DNA of 64,000 bases from positions 1,302,001 through 1,366,000 of the forward strand of contig OZ251235.1 of assembly GCA_965240325.2 (NCBI GenBank), in the 5' to 3' direction. The notes under the pieces are model-generated. The model saw only the letters and a program-made list of their open reading frames with translations, was not told the DNA's origin and did no database searches. Shown here piece after piece: positions 49,187 through 61,280 of the stretch (the first letter of the stretch is position 1; the number at the start of each line of letters is the position of its first letter). Source of the DNA: Rebecca billardiae RCC1528 (taxonomy: Eukaryota > Protista > Haptophyta). The position numbers and the translations under genes were made by a program.

Positions 49187-50596
49187 ATGACGGAGTGGGG
49201 AGGCCCTGCCTGCCCATCCGTTCTCCTCCCCGAGCCGAGCGCTCCACCAGCCTCGCTTGCCACCGCGCAGAGTGCATCGCCAATGCGCACGCGGCCGACG
49301 CGATTCGACGACCTCGACATTGACAAGATCCCACCGCCCACGGACGGCACGGGGCAAGGTCAGCGGCGCCACGGCGTACGGTCTGACCCTCAACATGCTC
49401 CCTCCAACGTGCTGCCGCGCTCCAACGTGCAGGCGGCGCAAGTGACAGCCAGCCGGACATCCTCGGCCAGGCCCATCGCCAGCGCGCTCGCCGAGTCCTC
49501 CGGGTGCAGGCTCAGCCTGCTGAGCCTGCGTGCCCACAACACCGCCCGATGGGGCAAAACCACCTCGGCCCACACAGGCCTAAAACGTGCAGCCCCCACC
49601 GGCTTACTAGGTGTGACACCCGACTGCCATGCCCCTGGGGCTGGGACAGCGCAGCTACTACTGCGACACCCGCACCGTGGATATGGCCTGGATGACCGCT
49701 GCTTGCTGCCAGCGAGCAAGCAGACACTGGCTGATGAGCTGCCGTGCACAGGCTACGTCGTAGGCGATGCCCGGGGGCAGACAGTGGCGCTAGTTCAGGA
49801 CGGGCCCTCGGTCCCGCCGTGCCCAGCCTGGCCGGCTGCCTGCGGAGCCTTTCGCAGCCCTGCTGACACCGGCCGGGCTAGACTCATCCTCGGTGCTGAG
49901 AGCTGGCCAGGCGACGAAAATGACGGTTGGAGGCTGGTGAAAGCCCGACATTCGTCCCGACGGCGAGGGCAACGCCAGCGTGCAACGATACCTAAGGTGG
50001 GTAAAGCAGCGCCCCAGGGTGATGACTATCACGCCTCGTGGGGAGCCCATGACGAAGCACCTGTGGCGCCGCCTGGCGCCGCGGGTATGGCCCGGCAAGT
50101 AATTGCTGTGATGAATGCGCCTTCAAGTATGAGTACCGGAGGGAGATACCATTGCCTCGCGACTGATGAGAGTGCGGACGATGATGCCACACCTCAGACA
50201 GACCCGCCACAGCATACTCCGTTGCTGGGTAAACGGCGCCGCGGCGCGCGCGCGCAGCGGGCCGGTGCTGGTGCTTGGGCCAAGACGCCTGGCGCGGGGG
50301 CGCAGGCATCGGCCGAGCCGGGCTTGCCGAACGCGCACGTGCACTGCGCCAAAGGCAACGCCGTCGCTACTCTCCCCGATGACAGGATGCGAAGGGCGGC
50401 AGCGGCGATGGCCGAGGACACGGGCCGCATGCTGCCGCACGACATGGCCTCCACGGCCACCGTGCTCGCTGGCGACCAGGCGGCGGAGAAGGTAAATGCC
50501 GAGGTGGGCACTTCGTCTCGCCCCGTCGCTTTCGACCACGCTGCCCGGATCGTATGGCTGGCCCACGCTGTGGTGGCAGCACTGCTGACCCCCTGA
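49187..50596 (+). CDS. Hypothetical ORF, possibly a retroelement ORF1-like remnant
   Basis: 469-aa open frame with less GC-biased codon usage than neighbouring genes; no recognisable domain. Confidence 0.25.
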   Translation: MTEWGGPACPSVLLPEPSAPPASLATAQSASPMRTRPTRFDDLDIDKIPPPTDGTGQGQRRHGVRSDPQHAPSNVLPRSNVQAAQVTASRTSSARPIASALAESSGCRLSLLSLRAHNTARWGKTTSAHTGLKRAAPTGLLGVTPDCHAPGAGTAQLLLRHPHRGYGLDDRCLLPASKQTLADELPCTGYVVGDARGQTVALVQDGPSVPPCPAWPAACGAFRSPADTGRARLILGAESWPGDENDGWRLVKARHSSRRRGQRQRATIPKVGKAAPQGDDYHASWGAHDEAPVAPPGAAGMARQVIAVMNAPSSMSTGGRYHCLATDESADDDATPQTDPPQHTPLLGKRRRGARAQRAGAGAWAKTPGAGAQASAEPGLPNAHVHCAKGNAVATLPDDRMRRAAAAMAEDTGRMLPHDMASTATVLAGDQAAEKVNAEVGTSSRPVAFDHAARIVWLAHAVVAALLTP

Positions 50597-50837
50597 TGAA
50601 TATGGTAGCAGAGATTAATGGTCGTTATCGTAGATGATAGTATTTATGAACCAACTGGTCCCCACGGTATGATACACTTGCGGGTAAAGTAGGTGGGCCT
50701 CTGAGCCGAGCTCGCCAGCCAACCTCCCAACAGTGCCAGTCAGGCGGTTGCAAGGGCGGTGCAAGCGCGGTGACTGAATGGCTCGGATTAGCCCGGCTAC
50801 CCTGGTTGATATGTGATGAACATCGCCGGTAACCACG

Positions 50838-52148
50838 CCACCCGTTCCAGAAAGGCGATTAGTTCGGACATGGTCCGGGAGCTCATAGGTCGTGACACGA
50901 CCTATGAGCTCCCGGACCACAGTGGGAGCACGCGGGGGGCGCGGCCGTTGAGGAGGGGCGGGGGCGGGCGGGCGACGTCGACGTCGCGGCTATCCACGCG
51001 CTCTGCTGTCGATGAGTTGCTGTCGGCGCTGCGCGCCGCGCTCGCGGGGTGGCTCGGACACATGCGCGCCTTTGAGCGCCCGGCGACCGCGCGCGCATCG
51101 GCTTCCTCCGCCTGCAAGTCGCCCGCGACCGCGGCCGCCGCCCACTTCGAGTGGGTTGACTGCGCCCGAGTCTGCTCGCCGCCGAGCGCGGGGATGAGTT
51201 GAGCGCGGCGCGAGGCGGCGATCGCGATCGGGCGATCGCATGTGCCCATCTGCGCCCCCTTCGCCACGGCGCGACCGCTTCAGCATGCGTATGTGACCCC
51301 ACTTGTCCGGGATGTCGGGAGCGGGCGAACATTGTCGGCCAGCGTGTCCGCCAGCGCCGCGCGCGCGCAGTGCTCGTTCGGATCGGAGGTCACTCCGTGG
51401 CGTCTCGTGATGTCTTCCCCGCGCAAGCTGATGGGCACGGTTGGTCCGCATCTGCCGTCATGTGACGTCTACTGATGCCGTGTACACCATTGTGACAGAA
51501 CTTGCTAAGCAAGTTCTTCTCACCAGAAAGTTGTCGTCAGCATTGACGCACAGTGCAAGCTGGCAGAGCAGTGGATGGCATGACCTTGGTGGCCCCATGC
51601 GGGGCAATACATGGCCATAGGCATGCTCTGATGCCGTTTGTGACGTGTTTCCGATCCGAACGAGCCTTGCGCGCGCGCGGCGCGCGCGGACACGGTAGCC
51701 GACAATGTTCGCCGGCTCCCGACATCCCGGACAAGTGGGGTCACATACGCATGCTGAAGCGGTCGCGCCGTGGCGAATGGGGCGCGGATGGGCACATGCG
51801 ATCGCCCGATCGCGATCGCCGCCTCGCGCCGCGCTCAACTCATCCCTGCGCTCGGCGGCGAGCAGACTCGGGCGCAGTCAACCCACTGGCCACTCGAAGC
51901 GGGCGGCGGCCGCGGTCGCGGGCGACTTGCAGGCAGAGGAAGCCGATGCGCGCGCGGTCGCCGGGCGCTCAAAGGCGCGCGTGGGTCCGAGCCATCCCGC
52001 CCGCGCGGCGCGCGCCGCCCAAGTCACGCTTCTCTCGGTCGCACGTCGGCCACGCGCCACCTGTTCGCCATCCTGCCGCCACCGCAGCCGTGGTCGCGGG
52101 GCCGCCTCGCCGCCCTGGCGGCGGAACAACACCCCGTGGAACGGGTGG
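50838..52148. mobile_element. Foldback-type MITE, copy B (core inverted relative to copy A)
   Basis: Same 12-bp TIRs and inverted arms as 23339-24632; no TSD visible. Confidence 0.85.
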
Positions 52149-52450
52149 GTCATGTATCATCACCGTGTCTGTGTCCGTGTTGCTGCTGGGCGACATCATT
52201 CATTAAAACTTCGGTCTGGGCGTTCGGAAGTGACAACCGGCGCGGAGTCGTCCCGGTGGCGGTGCCAGTAAGACTCTGCTCGTACAGCCCGGCAGCGAAA
52301 GCCCGGGCTCACGCGACAGATCCGGGCCGCCGGTCGGGTTGCCAGCGAGCGCACGGTCGTGGATACGGGGCCGATGGACTCGGCCGCGGTGATGCTCTGA
52401 CACGCCCATGCCCACAGGAGTCGGCCACCGTGCACGCGCATCGAGGCGTG

Positions 52451-53581
52451 TCACGGGTTTGGCGTCGTCGCGTATTTGCCCGTCCACTTCTTTGCTGCGC
52501 GCGCGGCAGCGAGGGCAGAGCGCGGCCCCGATCAGCGCACGAGGGCGCGGCGCAGCGCGCCTGCGCGCGCGCCAGCCCGCGCAGCGCGCGCCGCGCGCAC
52601 CCTCCGCGATCGCCGCCGCTTCGTTCGACTTCCAGTGGTCGGCGACCGACGCGTCGAGCGGGTCCTCCGGGTTGGGCGCCGAGAGCAGCGCCTGGATCGA
52701 GAGCAGCACCGTCCTCACCTGCAGCGCCGGGCTCCACTTGTCCTTCAGAATGTCGAGGCAGATGCGGCCTGCGCGCGGCGGGTGGCGCGCCGAGTGCGTG
52801 AGCGCGCAGCCACGCCGGCGCCCGGCGGGCTGTGCCGTCTTGCGCGCCTCCGTGCCGGGCTGGCTGGCTGCGACGGCGTGCGAAGGCGCGCCGCGCGCTC
52901 GGTAGTACATGCGCGCGCGCCGCACCGAGCTTATCGATGTTAGGGTGGTAGATTTTCGTCAGGAAGCGCACCTTGGGCGGAGCCATCGGGTACTCCTCCG
53001 GCAGGAAGAGCTCCAGCCGGAAGATGCCGCCTGGCGGAGCGGCGCCCGCCGCAGCGCACCGCAGCGCACCGCATCGCGCAGCGGGTGCGCGAGTGAGCGC
53101 ACGCGCGTGCGCAGACTGCCGGTGCGGAGGAAGATGCCGCGCGATGACGAGGCGCACGAGACGGTGCGTGCACGCACCTTCGTACGGCGACTGGGCGGGG
53201 CCCGCCAGTATCACGTTGAAGTACCGGAGGTTGTCCTGGTACGGCGCCGCGTTGATGCCCGCCACTGCAGGCCATCGTCACGCGAGCGCGAGGGGCGCGA
53301 GCAACGCGTGAGCGATGCGGCAAGCGGGCGGGCGAGCGCGTGAGCGCGCAGTGTGGACATACCAGGTTCACTCATGAGACGCTGCGTCTCCTGCACACGG
53401 TGTGGGCAGCGCAGCGCGCACACGAGGCAGTGAGCGATCGCATTCCTGCGAGTCGCAGGGCGTTGCGGTGATCGCGCACGCGCCGATGCGCGAGCGAAGG
53501 CTCGCGCTCGCGAGAATGTCCATGGGCGGGCTCACTGGCGGTGCGACGCACTTTCTGGATTCGCCGCGGCAGTTCGCCCAT
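52451..53581 (-). CDS. UBC13: Ubiquitin-conjugating enzyme E2 N (exons 53581-53552, 53390-53363, 53264-53178, 53030-52926, 52768-52601, 52494-52451; 153 aa)
   Basis: [19 protein letters not shown]...[39 protein letters not shown]. Five GT-AG introns restore the frame. Confidence 0.96.
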
Positions 53582-53741
53582 ATCTGTGACGGCGCTGAAG
53601 CGCGCGACCGGTCACCACCTAGCCAAGCCGGGGCGCGAGAGCCAGCAAGCGTCTTGCCAAGCGATGGGCGCGGAGGCGCACGCGCGCCCGGAACCAGTGT
53701 GCCCGGACTGGTCGCCTCGCGCTGCCACGGCCGGAGCTGTG

Positions 53742-54374
53742 ATGGCGCTCTCGGCACTGTCGCCACGATCGGGGAGGTTGGCCGCCGTGGCGCTCATGGT
53801 GACCATGGCACCCGCATGCGACTGCACCAGCCTCGATGGACGCCGTATGCCCACTCGCCCGCTGGCGCGTCGCGCGGCCACTCATCGGCGCACGCAGCCC
53901 ACGCTCGCCGTGCCTGCGGCACTGCCGTGGGTGGGCGGTTGCGTGCTCGCAGGATGGAGCGGCACGCCCTTCGTCATCCCAGCTATCAAGTCGGGCTGGT
54001 ACGATACCATCGAGAAGCCGCCATGGTGCCCGCCCCCCGGAACATATGCGCCCGCGTGGACTGTGCTGTACGCAAGCATCGGATATGCGGCCGCGCGTGT
54101 CGCCTCCGCGGCGTCGGCGGCGTCGCGTACGGCTCTCGTCATCTGGAGCGTGCACCTCGGCATCAACCTTGTATGGGCCCCTCTTTTCTTCGGGCTGAAG
54201 CGCATCCGCCTGGCCGCGTGGTGGAACGTGCTCCTCCTGGCTGCGATCGCCGCCACGGCCACCTCCTTTGCTCGCGTCTCGGCGCTGTCGGCGTGGGTGC
54301 TCGCGCCATACGCGGGATGGTGCATTTTCGCCACGGCGCTCAACTTCGACATCGCGAGGCGCAATCGCCAGTGA
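53742..54374 (+). CDS. TSPO: TspO/MBR tryptophan-rich translocator protein with N-terminal extension
   Basis: WYDTIEKPPWCPP...AWTVLY, NLVWAPLFFG and LAPYAGWCIFATALN. Confidence 0.92.
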   Translation: MALSALSPRSGRLAAVALMVTMAPACDCTSLDGRRMPTRPLARRAATHRRTQPTLAVPAALPWVGGCVLAGWSGTPFVIPAIKSGWYDTIEKPPWCPPPGTYAPAWTVLYASIGYAAARVASAASAASRTALVIWSVHLGINLVWAPLFFGLKRIRLAAWWNVLLLAAIAATATSFARVSALSAWVLAPYAGWCIFATALNFDIARRNRQ

Positions 54375-54745
54375 GACGTGAGGTACGGCGTGGCAGCCGT
54401 CGCCAATCAACGCCGCGCAGCCACGGGTGACGCGTGGTTCATCGCCATCGGCTGTGCTGGTCACGGGTCGTAACGCGCCCGTCGGCCAACGAGTAGGCAG
54501 CGCTGACCCGGACCGTATGTGTCAGTGTCTCTTAATCTCTGATACTGACAGTATATATGCGTGTTAGACTGACGAGACTCAGTCAACCGTTGCGCAGCAG
54601 AAATACCGCCCTTGGCAGAAACTATACGCTGTCTACTCACTGGTGACGGTGACCGCTGAGTTGACACTGATGACGCCGGATTACTGAGAATTTTAAGTAC
54701 TAGCAGCTCAGAAGTAGCAGCTTTAAGTAACTCACTAGTACTGTT

Positions 54746-54862
54746 GAGCTGTGTGCGCCTCTTATACTGTACTTTATTCTTAGTAAACTGATGTAGGTCG
54801 TATGGGTACTGTCAATCTCGCCTGCCTGAGCTGTGTGCGTCTCTTATTCTTAGTAAACTGTA
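54746..54862. repeat. Solo and partial copies of the 9803/14755 TIR sequence
   Basis: GTCAATCTCGCCTGCCTGAGCTGTGTGCGTCTCTTATTCTTAGTAAACTG-TA at 54811-54862; partial copy at 54746-54790. Another partial copy at 10027-10053. Confidence 0.85.
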
Positions 54863-54961
54863 CCGCGCCGCTCGACGATTCGAATAGCTGGCAAATTAGA
54901 ATCAAGTCGAAACCGCAAAATAATACGCCAATCGCCATACATCGATGGCCGCCGAGCAGCC

Positions 54962-55822
54962 ATGCTGCTCGCCGACACCTCGCACCTGCAGTCGGCCGTG
55001 CGCAAGGCCGAGATCGAGCGGCAGTACTCGCATCTTCTCTTGTACATCGACCGCTTGAATTCGATCACAAGCCAGGCGGTTCTCATTGCCGGCTTTGCGA
55101 CCATGAGCCTCTCGGCCGACTCGCTGCAGTCGATCGGTGGGCAAGCCGACCCACATTCGGACGAGGCGGCCAACTTGACGACCCAGCTCTTCGTCCTGTC
55201 CGCGGGCGGTGCCGTGGCTCTCTCTGTTTGGGTCGTGTGGACCTCCCTCCACGTGTCGAACAAGGCGGAGCAGCTTGCGCTCGAGGGCGAGCAGGGCTCC
55301 GTCGCGCACGCATCCGCAGCGCTCATCAAGCAGAGCCGGATCATCATTCGCGTGCACACGACCGCGCTGTGCTTCGTCGGCCTCTCCCTCTGCGTGCTCT
55401 GCTACGTCTTCGTCGACCACACGACGACCATCCTCTTCTGCACGCTGCTGGCGGCAGTGGGCGCGCACGCCGCCTTCTTCATGCACAGGACGACGCTGCT
55501 CTTCAGTGGGGAGCTCTCCACCACGAGCTGGGCCCATGACCGATCAGGGGCGCCCGACGGCTTCGCCGCGCCAGGCGAGGGGGCCGCTCTGCGTGACAAG
55601 CTCATCTCCCCCGCTTCTGGCTGCAACACAGTAGCACGCCCTGCGACGAGGGTGCGCATGGCTGAGGCCGCGTTGAGGGGCGAGCAGGGTCCACGTCTCG
55701 CCTCGTACTCGGGCCGGGGGGTGCAACCATCGAATGGCCCGGAGCTCGAGCAGGATGACGAGATGTCGCCACTTGCGCTCAATCGGCCGCTGCCAGGGGG
55801 ACGCGCCCGCGGGCGGCTGTGA
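54962..55822 (+). CDS. Four-TM membrane protein, Orai/CRAC-like
   Basis: RLNSITSQAVLIAGFA resembles Orai TM1 KLKASSRTSALLSGFA; four hydrophobic segments. Confidence 0.55.
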   Translation: MLLADTSHLQSAVRKAEIERQYSHLLLYIDRLNSITSQAVLIAGFATMSLSADSLQSIGGQADPHSDEAANLTTQLFVLSAGGAVALSVWVVWTSLHVSNKAEQLALEGEQGSVAHASAALIKQSRIIIRVHTTALCFVGLSLCVLCYVFVDHTTTILFCTLLAAVGAHAAFFMHRTTLLFSGELSTTSWAHDRSGAPDGFAAPGEGAALRDKLISPASGCNTVARPATRVRMAEAALRGEQGPRLASYSGRGVQPSNGPELEQDDEMSPLALNRPLPGGRARGRL

Positions 55823-56295
55823 TGGACATGGCTCACGAACAGCGCGCTCTCGAGTCTGGTGGTCCGTGCGCGTGACCGGAGTGACCGGGCTCTGGTCTCA
55901 TGGCACTGCTTGCTGCGCCGGGGACTGGCAGTCTGGCACTTCTTTGACCGTTGGGCCGTACGACGCGCCGCCGCGCGCGCGGGCCGGACTGGTCAACCCG
56001 GCGGGTACGGGCCGGAGCTAATAATGGCGCACAACCCCCGCCCCAAAATGAAAAGGCTGAGCGTGAGCGAACTAGGCAAAGCCGGCCGGCCGGCCGCGCG
56101 GGGCCCGCCGGGGGCCGGCGGCGGCGCACGCGTGCGGCTCCTAATAAAAAGATAATGCGCGAGATAATGCGACGCGCAGGATATATGGGGGTATATCCGG
56201 AAGGCGCGGACGCATTCTATGTGTCTGTTGCACTCTGAGCCTGACGCTTGTCCGATGCTGCCACGTCGTTAAATATATATATATATATATATACA

Positions 56296-58338
56296 CAGTG
56301 AACAAAAACGGGATTATCGTTACCGTAACCCGTCCGACACGAGCCGATTTTCGGGGAAATTCTCGCGCGGGCCGCACGAGCGCACAGAAGACGCTACGGT
56401 GGCCGCGCAGGCGCCTGACGAGTGCCCCGGGCATGGGACTGCAACATCCCACCCAGCCTCCCCATCCCTCCGCCCCTCTCTGCCTCGCCGGGTTGCACGC
56501 GGCTGGCCGGTCACGTACAGCTCGTGGTGAGCCATTCGTGAGCGTGGAGCCCTGCTGCTCAGTGCGGCGATGCAGCGAGGCGAAGCGGCGCGTAAGATGG
56601 CGCATCTTACTCCAAATGCAGTCTGTTGCCAGCACAGCCGCCCTCGCCGGAGTGCCTGGTCGTCACCTTCGTCGTGTGCACGTGTCGCGCGCTGCGGCAT
56701 CAACGAGCGATCGTTCAGGCTTCTCCGGAGCCATTCAAGCACGCTCGTCCTCGACGAGGCGTGCGCGAGGCACCGCGCGAGCGCGGGAGCGGCCCTTCCT
56801 AGCGTAGACCTGCACGGCCATCCACCTCGCCACAGCCTGCCATGTCAAACTCCTCCCCGCACACAGTGCTCGCGTGCCGCGTGCAGGTCGGTCGACTCAC
56901 CTGGCAGAAGGGTGCACAGATCTTTTCGACTGCGAGGAGACGGCGGCGAGCACAGGCGTGCGGCGCTGTCCCACGCTTCATTGGGCTGTTCTAGACCAGT
57001 CACGCGCCCGCGGCACCCCACCCGCCCTCTCCGCGTCGCGTGCCACTCAACGCCGCGCGCGCCCTCTCGGGCGATGCGAGTCTCGCCATCGACGGCGATC
57101 TTGCGGCTGATTCGTACCCGCATGTATTCAACAAATACGACAAATCGCCGAGCTGAACGCACCTCGTCGCGCGATGGCATGGTCGCGCTGTGTGACGTCG
57201 CTCGCCGCAGGAAATTCGGTACGCGACGAGAGCACGGCGCACGCGCACGGCGCGGCGTGGGAGGCGGGGCGGTGGTGTCCTCGAGCCATCCCGCCCGCGC
57301 CGCGGTGCGCCAGCCGCCACCTCGCCGCGCCGTGGCCCATGCCGCGCGGCAGGTGTCGACCAGACCGACCTTGCCGCCCAACAGAGGGCCGCCACGGAAA
57401 TTCTGTATTTGTTGAATACAGACTTACCCACGTGCCCGCGATGCGGCGGCGCCCGTGGCGGCGGCCTGGCGCGGCGGCGGCGGCGCGGGCAGCCTGACGG
57501 GCCAGATAGGGCGCGCCAGGTCGGGGCGATCGTGATGGGATGGTTCCATACGCATCAGTGCGTGCTCCTGTGCATCTCAAGAGCGCGCTGGGCGCCCTCT
57601 CTCGCGCCTATGCCCATCCCACGCGGTCTGAGAAGCCTCCCGGTTTGGCCATTGTCGTGCCGTGCTCGGTCGTGGCTGCCCGGCGGGTCGGAGAGGTCGA
57701 GGCGAGCCGGGTCGTTCGCTACGGACGATGCCTATGGGTCATGGCGAGTGCCAACACGCAGCTCGGGCGCGCGCCCGGCGCCTCCTCGCCGCGCTACATC
57801 CACACCAAGATCTGGCCCAAAAACAGGCTTCAAGAGCGAAAGTCAGTCTGGGAGCTGCTCAGGCCGCTGTGTGCGGTTTGAAGGCGCGCAAACTTGTGGA
57901 GCGGGTGCCCACATGGGTTGAGCACAATGCTATAGAACGTTTTTCCGCGAAACACCACTTCCTCGCCTCTCCGCGCGCGTGCCGCGCGGCCCCCGTGAAG
58001 CCATCTCAACAGCTCACGTGTGGCCGCCCGTGGAGCGAGGGTGGGCGAGGAGGGGCGGGCGAGGGTGACGCCGCCCCGGGGAACCGCCTTGGCAAGCCGG
58101 CCGACGCCTCGCAGCCCCCCTCGCGGCACACATGCGCGCACGCCCGCCGCTCGGAGCGCGCCATCGATTCGAATGGGCGTGCGCACGAACGACCATGCTC
58201 AACTGGCTTCGGCCCGATCTTTCTCCACTGTGGCGGCGCGACGTGCCGCGAACGCGGCATGAAAAAAATTCCCCCGCATCCCCACTGGGCCGAAGTGCGG
58301 ACGGGTTACGGTAACGCCGAAAATCGATTTCTTTACTG
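56296..58338. mobile_element. 2-kb non-autonomous CAGT-ended TIR element within (TA)n
   Basis: Both ends read CAGT-N18-CGTTACCGTAACCCGTCCG in inverted orientation, with (TA)n tracts at both sides. Confidence 0.75.
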
Positions 58339-58375
58339 TATATATATATATATATTAACGACGTGGTATGCAACG

Positions 58376-58990
<615 letters not shown>

Positions 58991-59137
58991 TATATTACTT
59001 GGCAGCGGGGCCCGGATTTTGTAGATCGACGGAATTAGGAGGGAAACGGATGTAGTGAGGCACAGACCGCACGGTCGCAGACGACCGAGTCACACTTCCG
59101 AGCCTAACTTACTACCCGCGACAGGCAGACTGCAGAC

Positions 59138-60007
59138 TGACGTGACCCGTTGCACGGGTGAGTAACCGTGAGCGTATGAAAAAACGACAAGCGTATGAAA
59201 TCTCGCGGTTTTGTCGCTCGCGCTGCCGCATGGCTGACGTCCGCGCCGATCCGAGCGCAATGGTGCATTGCGAAGCCGATTCGCAATGCACCAATCCAAT
59301 CCGTATGTCAATCGACCCAACCGTCGCTGAGAACGAACGACAAAACCCAGGGCAGGTGTCCACCACGAAGCCACGCCGCGCGCGCGCTGGCAGCGTGAGC
59401 CGGCGCGGTTGCAAAGGGTTGCCCAAAGGCAGAGAGATCAGCCAATGCGGCTACCTTCGGCAAGCACGCCACCTCAGCGTCAGCATCGGGTGGGGCCGTG
59501 AGGATACATGCCCTTGGATGCGGCTCCAGCCAAACGGCTCTCGACGCGGGGAGCCGCCATCGGCCGCGAGCGCGTACACGGATACACGTGCTGTCCTCGT
59601 GAACGAGGATTCAGGAGACGAGGCGCGGCCCGCGATGCGCAGGCAAGACCTAGGGAGTGGCTCACGCTTTGATCGCGGGTACGGGTACAGAAGGCGTGCG
59701 CACGCAACCACACCGCCTTCGTGAAGCGCGTGGGCAAGCTGCTGAAGCTCTCACGATGCGCGCTTACTTCTCATCTCCGTGCGCTCGCCGACCGCTCACG
59801 CTGCCTTCCGCGCGGCGGACCTGGGAAACCTGCCACCTGGCGCGCACGACGCAGCGCGTAACGCGGAAGGTGGTAGATCTGCTGCCACGCTCCCGCTGCC
59901 GCCGCCGGCGGCGGCAGCGGCATGCCCACGATGCGGCGACGGTGCTGATGACTATCACTGCCAAAGTGTCGTTTTTTCGGCGCTCACGCGTGCAACGGGT
60001 CACGTCA
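59138..60007. mobile_element. Approx. 870-bp MITE-like element
   Basis: Perfect 19-bp inverted repeat TGACGTGACCCGTTGCACG plus a subterminal IR GTGAGCG..GAAAAAACGACA (59168-59189 / 59967-59987). Confidence 0.7.
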
Positions 60008-60689
60008 CTGACCGCCGCTGCCGGAGCCGTCAGCCGAAGCAGCGGTGAAGGCAGAAGCGGGCCAAGGGGCCGCGCGCCGCCCGCCGGCCCTGGGCCTGAC
60101 TCACTGAGCCGGGCCCGGGGCCGGGCACGGTTGAGTACAGAATACCGTAGAATCGGAGAATGTGATAAGTGTTAGTGACTAGTGAGCCGCCGGCAATTTT
60201 AGTGCCGCCGCCGAGGCACAGCCACCGGGGGCAGGCGGGCGCACTCCGCGCAGTCGTGGCTGACCGCTGAGCCGCGGGCGCGGACTAGTGACCGTTCAGA
60301 TTTATTCACTGAGCAGTGAACCGAGCAGCTGATTACATGGTCACGCCGGTTTTATAACAGGCTATATATATATATATATATGATATATACTCGACAGACG
60401 TACTACATGCTGCGATGATGATCTGACGACTACTGCTGACGACATTTGTCATTTTAGATATATATATGATGAGACACTCGGTCTGCGCAGCAGAGTCTCA
60501 GGCAGGCTGCTGGAGCCGACTTCGACGGCCGCACTGATTGACTCTGATGACGCCGACGGCTGGCTGACCGTCGGACCGCTGGCTCGTCGGCATCCGGGCA
60601 GTCAACTTGCTCGCAGCAGCCAGCAGACTGTAGAGTTCCCGGCCAGCTCGGGGACGGCAGGTGTGCCGAGGCAGGCAGAGACGCACTCA

Positions 60690-61280
60690 TCATTGTGACG
60701 GCCCGCCGGCCGAGGACTGCGCTGCCTGCTGCTGCCGCTGCGCAGCCTGCATCTGCTGCGACTTCTGCTGGATGACCATCATCACCTGCTCCACATTCTG
60801 GCGCTTGCCGTTGAGCGCCCCCTCCAGCTCGGCCAGCTTGCCCTTCACAAGCTCGATCTTGCGGCCGAGGAAGTCCTGCGCCTCTTGTGCGGACTTCTCG
60901 ATGTAGTACCCCGTGCCGACGTCGACGATCAGGCTCTGCACGTTGTCGACGGTGCCCTGGACGTACAGCGAGTTGGTGAGCGGCACGAGCATCTCCTGCC
61001 CTGCTCGCGCGGCGTTGGCAGGGCGCGCAAGCGGAGGGGAGGTCAGCGCGGCCAGGTGTGTAGGGCCATGTGAGCGCACAGTGACGGCACACGCACCTGG
61101 CTCCTGCTGCGAAAAGGTCTTGATGGTGTCCTTGCTCGTTGAGTACCGCTGGAAGGCCACGCGCAGCTGCATATACGAGGAGCTCAGTGCCTCGACCTCG
61201 GACTCGAGCCCTTGCTTGAGCTGCGTGAGCTGCTCGAGCGAGAGCTGTGCGAGATTGATCCCACCCTCGCTATCCGCCAT
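60690..61280 (-). CDS. PFDN5: Prefoldin subunit 5 (exons 61280-61097, 61000-60690; 164 aa)
   Basis: LSLEQLTQLKQGLESEV and EMLVPLTNSLYVQG...IVDVGTGYYIEKS; 96-nt GT-AG intron. Confidence 0.95.
   Translation of the reverse strand: MADSEGGINLAQLSLEQLTQLKQGLESEVEALSSSYMQLRVAFQRYSTSKDTIKTFSQQEPGACAVTVRSHGPTHLAALTSPPLARPANAARAGQEMLVPLTNSLYVQGTVDNVQSLIVDVGTGYYIEKSAQEAQDFLGRKIELVKGKLAELEGALNGKRQNVEQVMMVIQQKSQQMQAAQRQQQAAQSSAGGPSQ

Noticed and set aside
61001-61096. 32-aa insertion in prefoldin 5
   Set aside because: Bounded by GTGCGT...CAG and matches local intron style; an in-frame intron.
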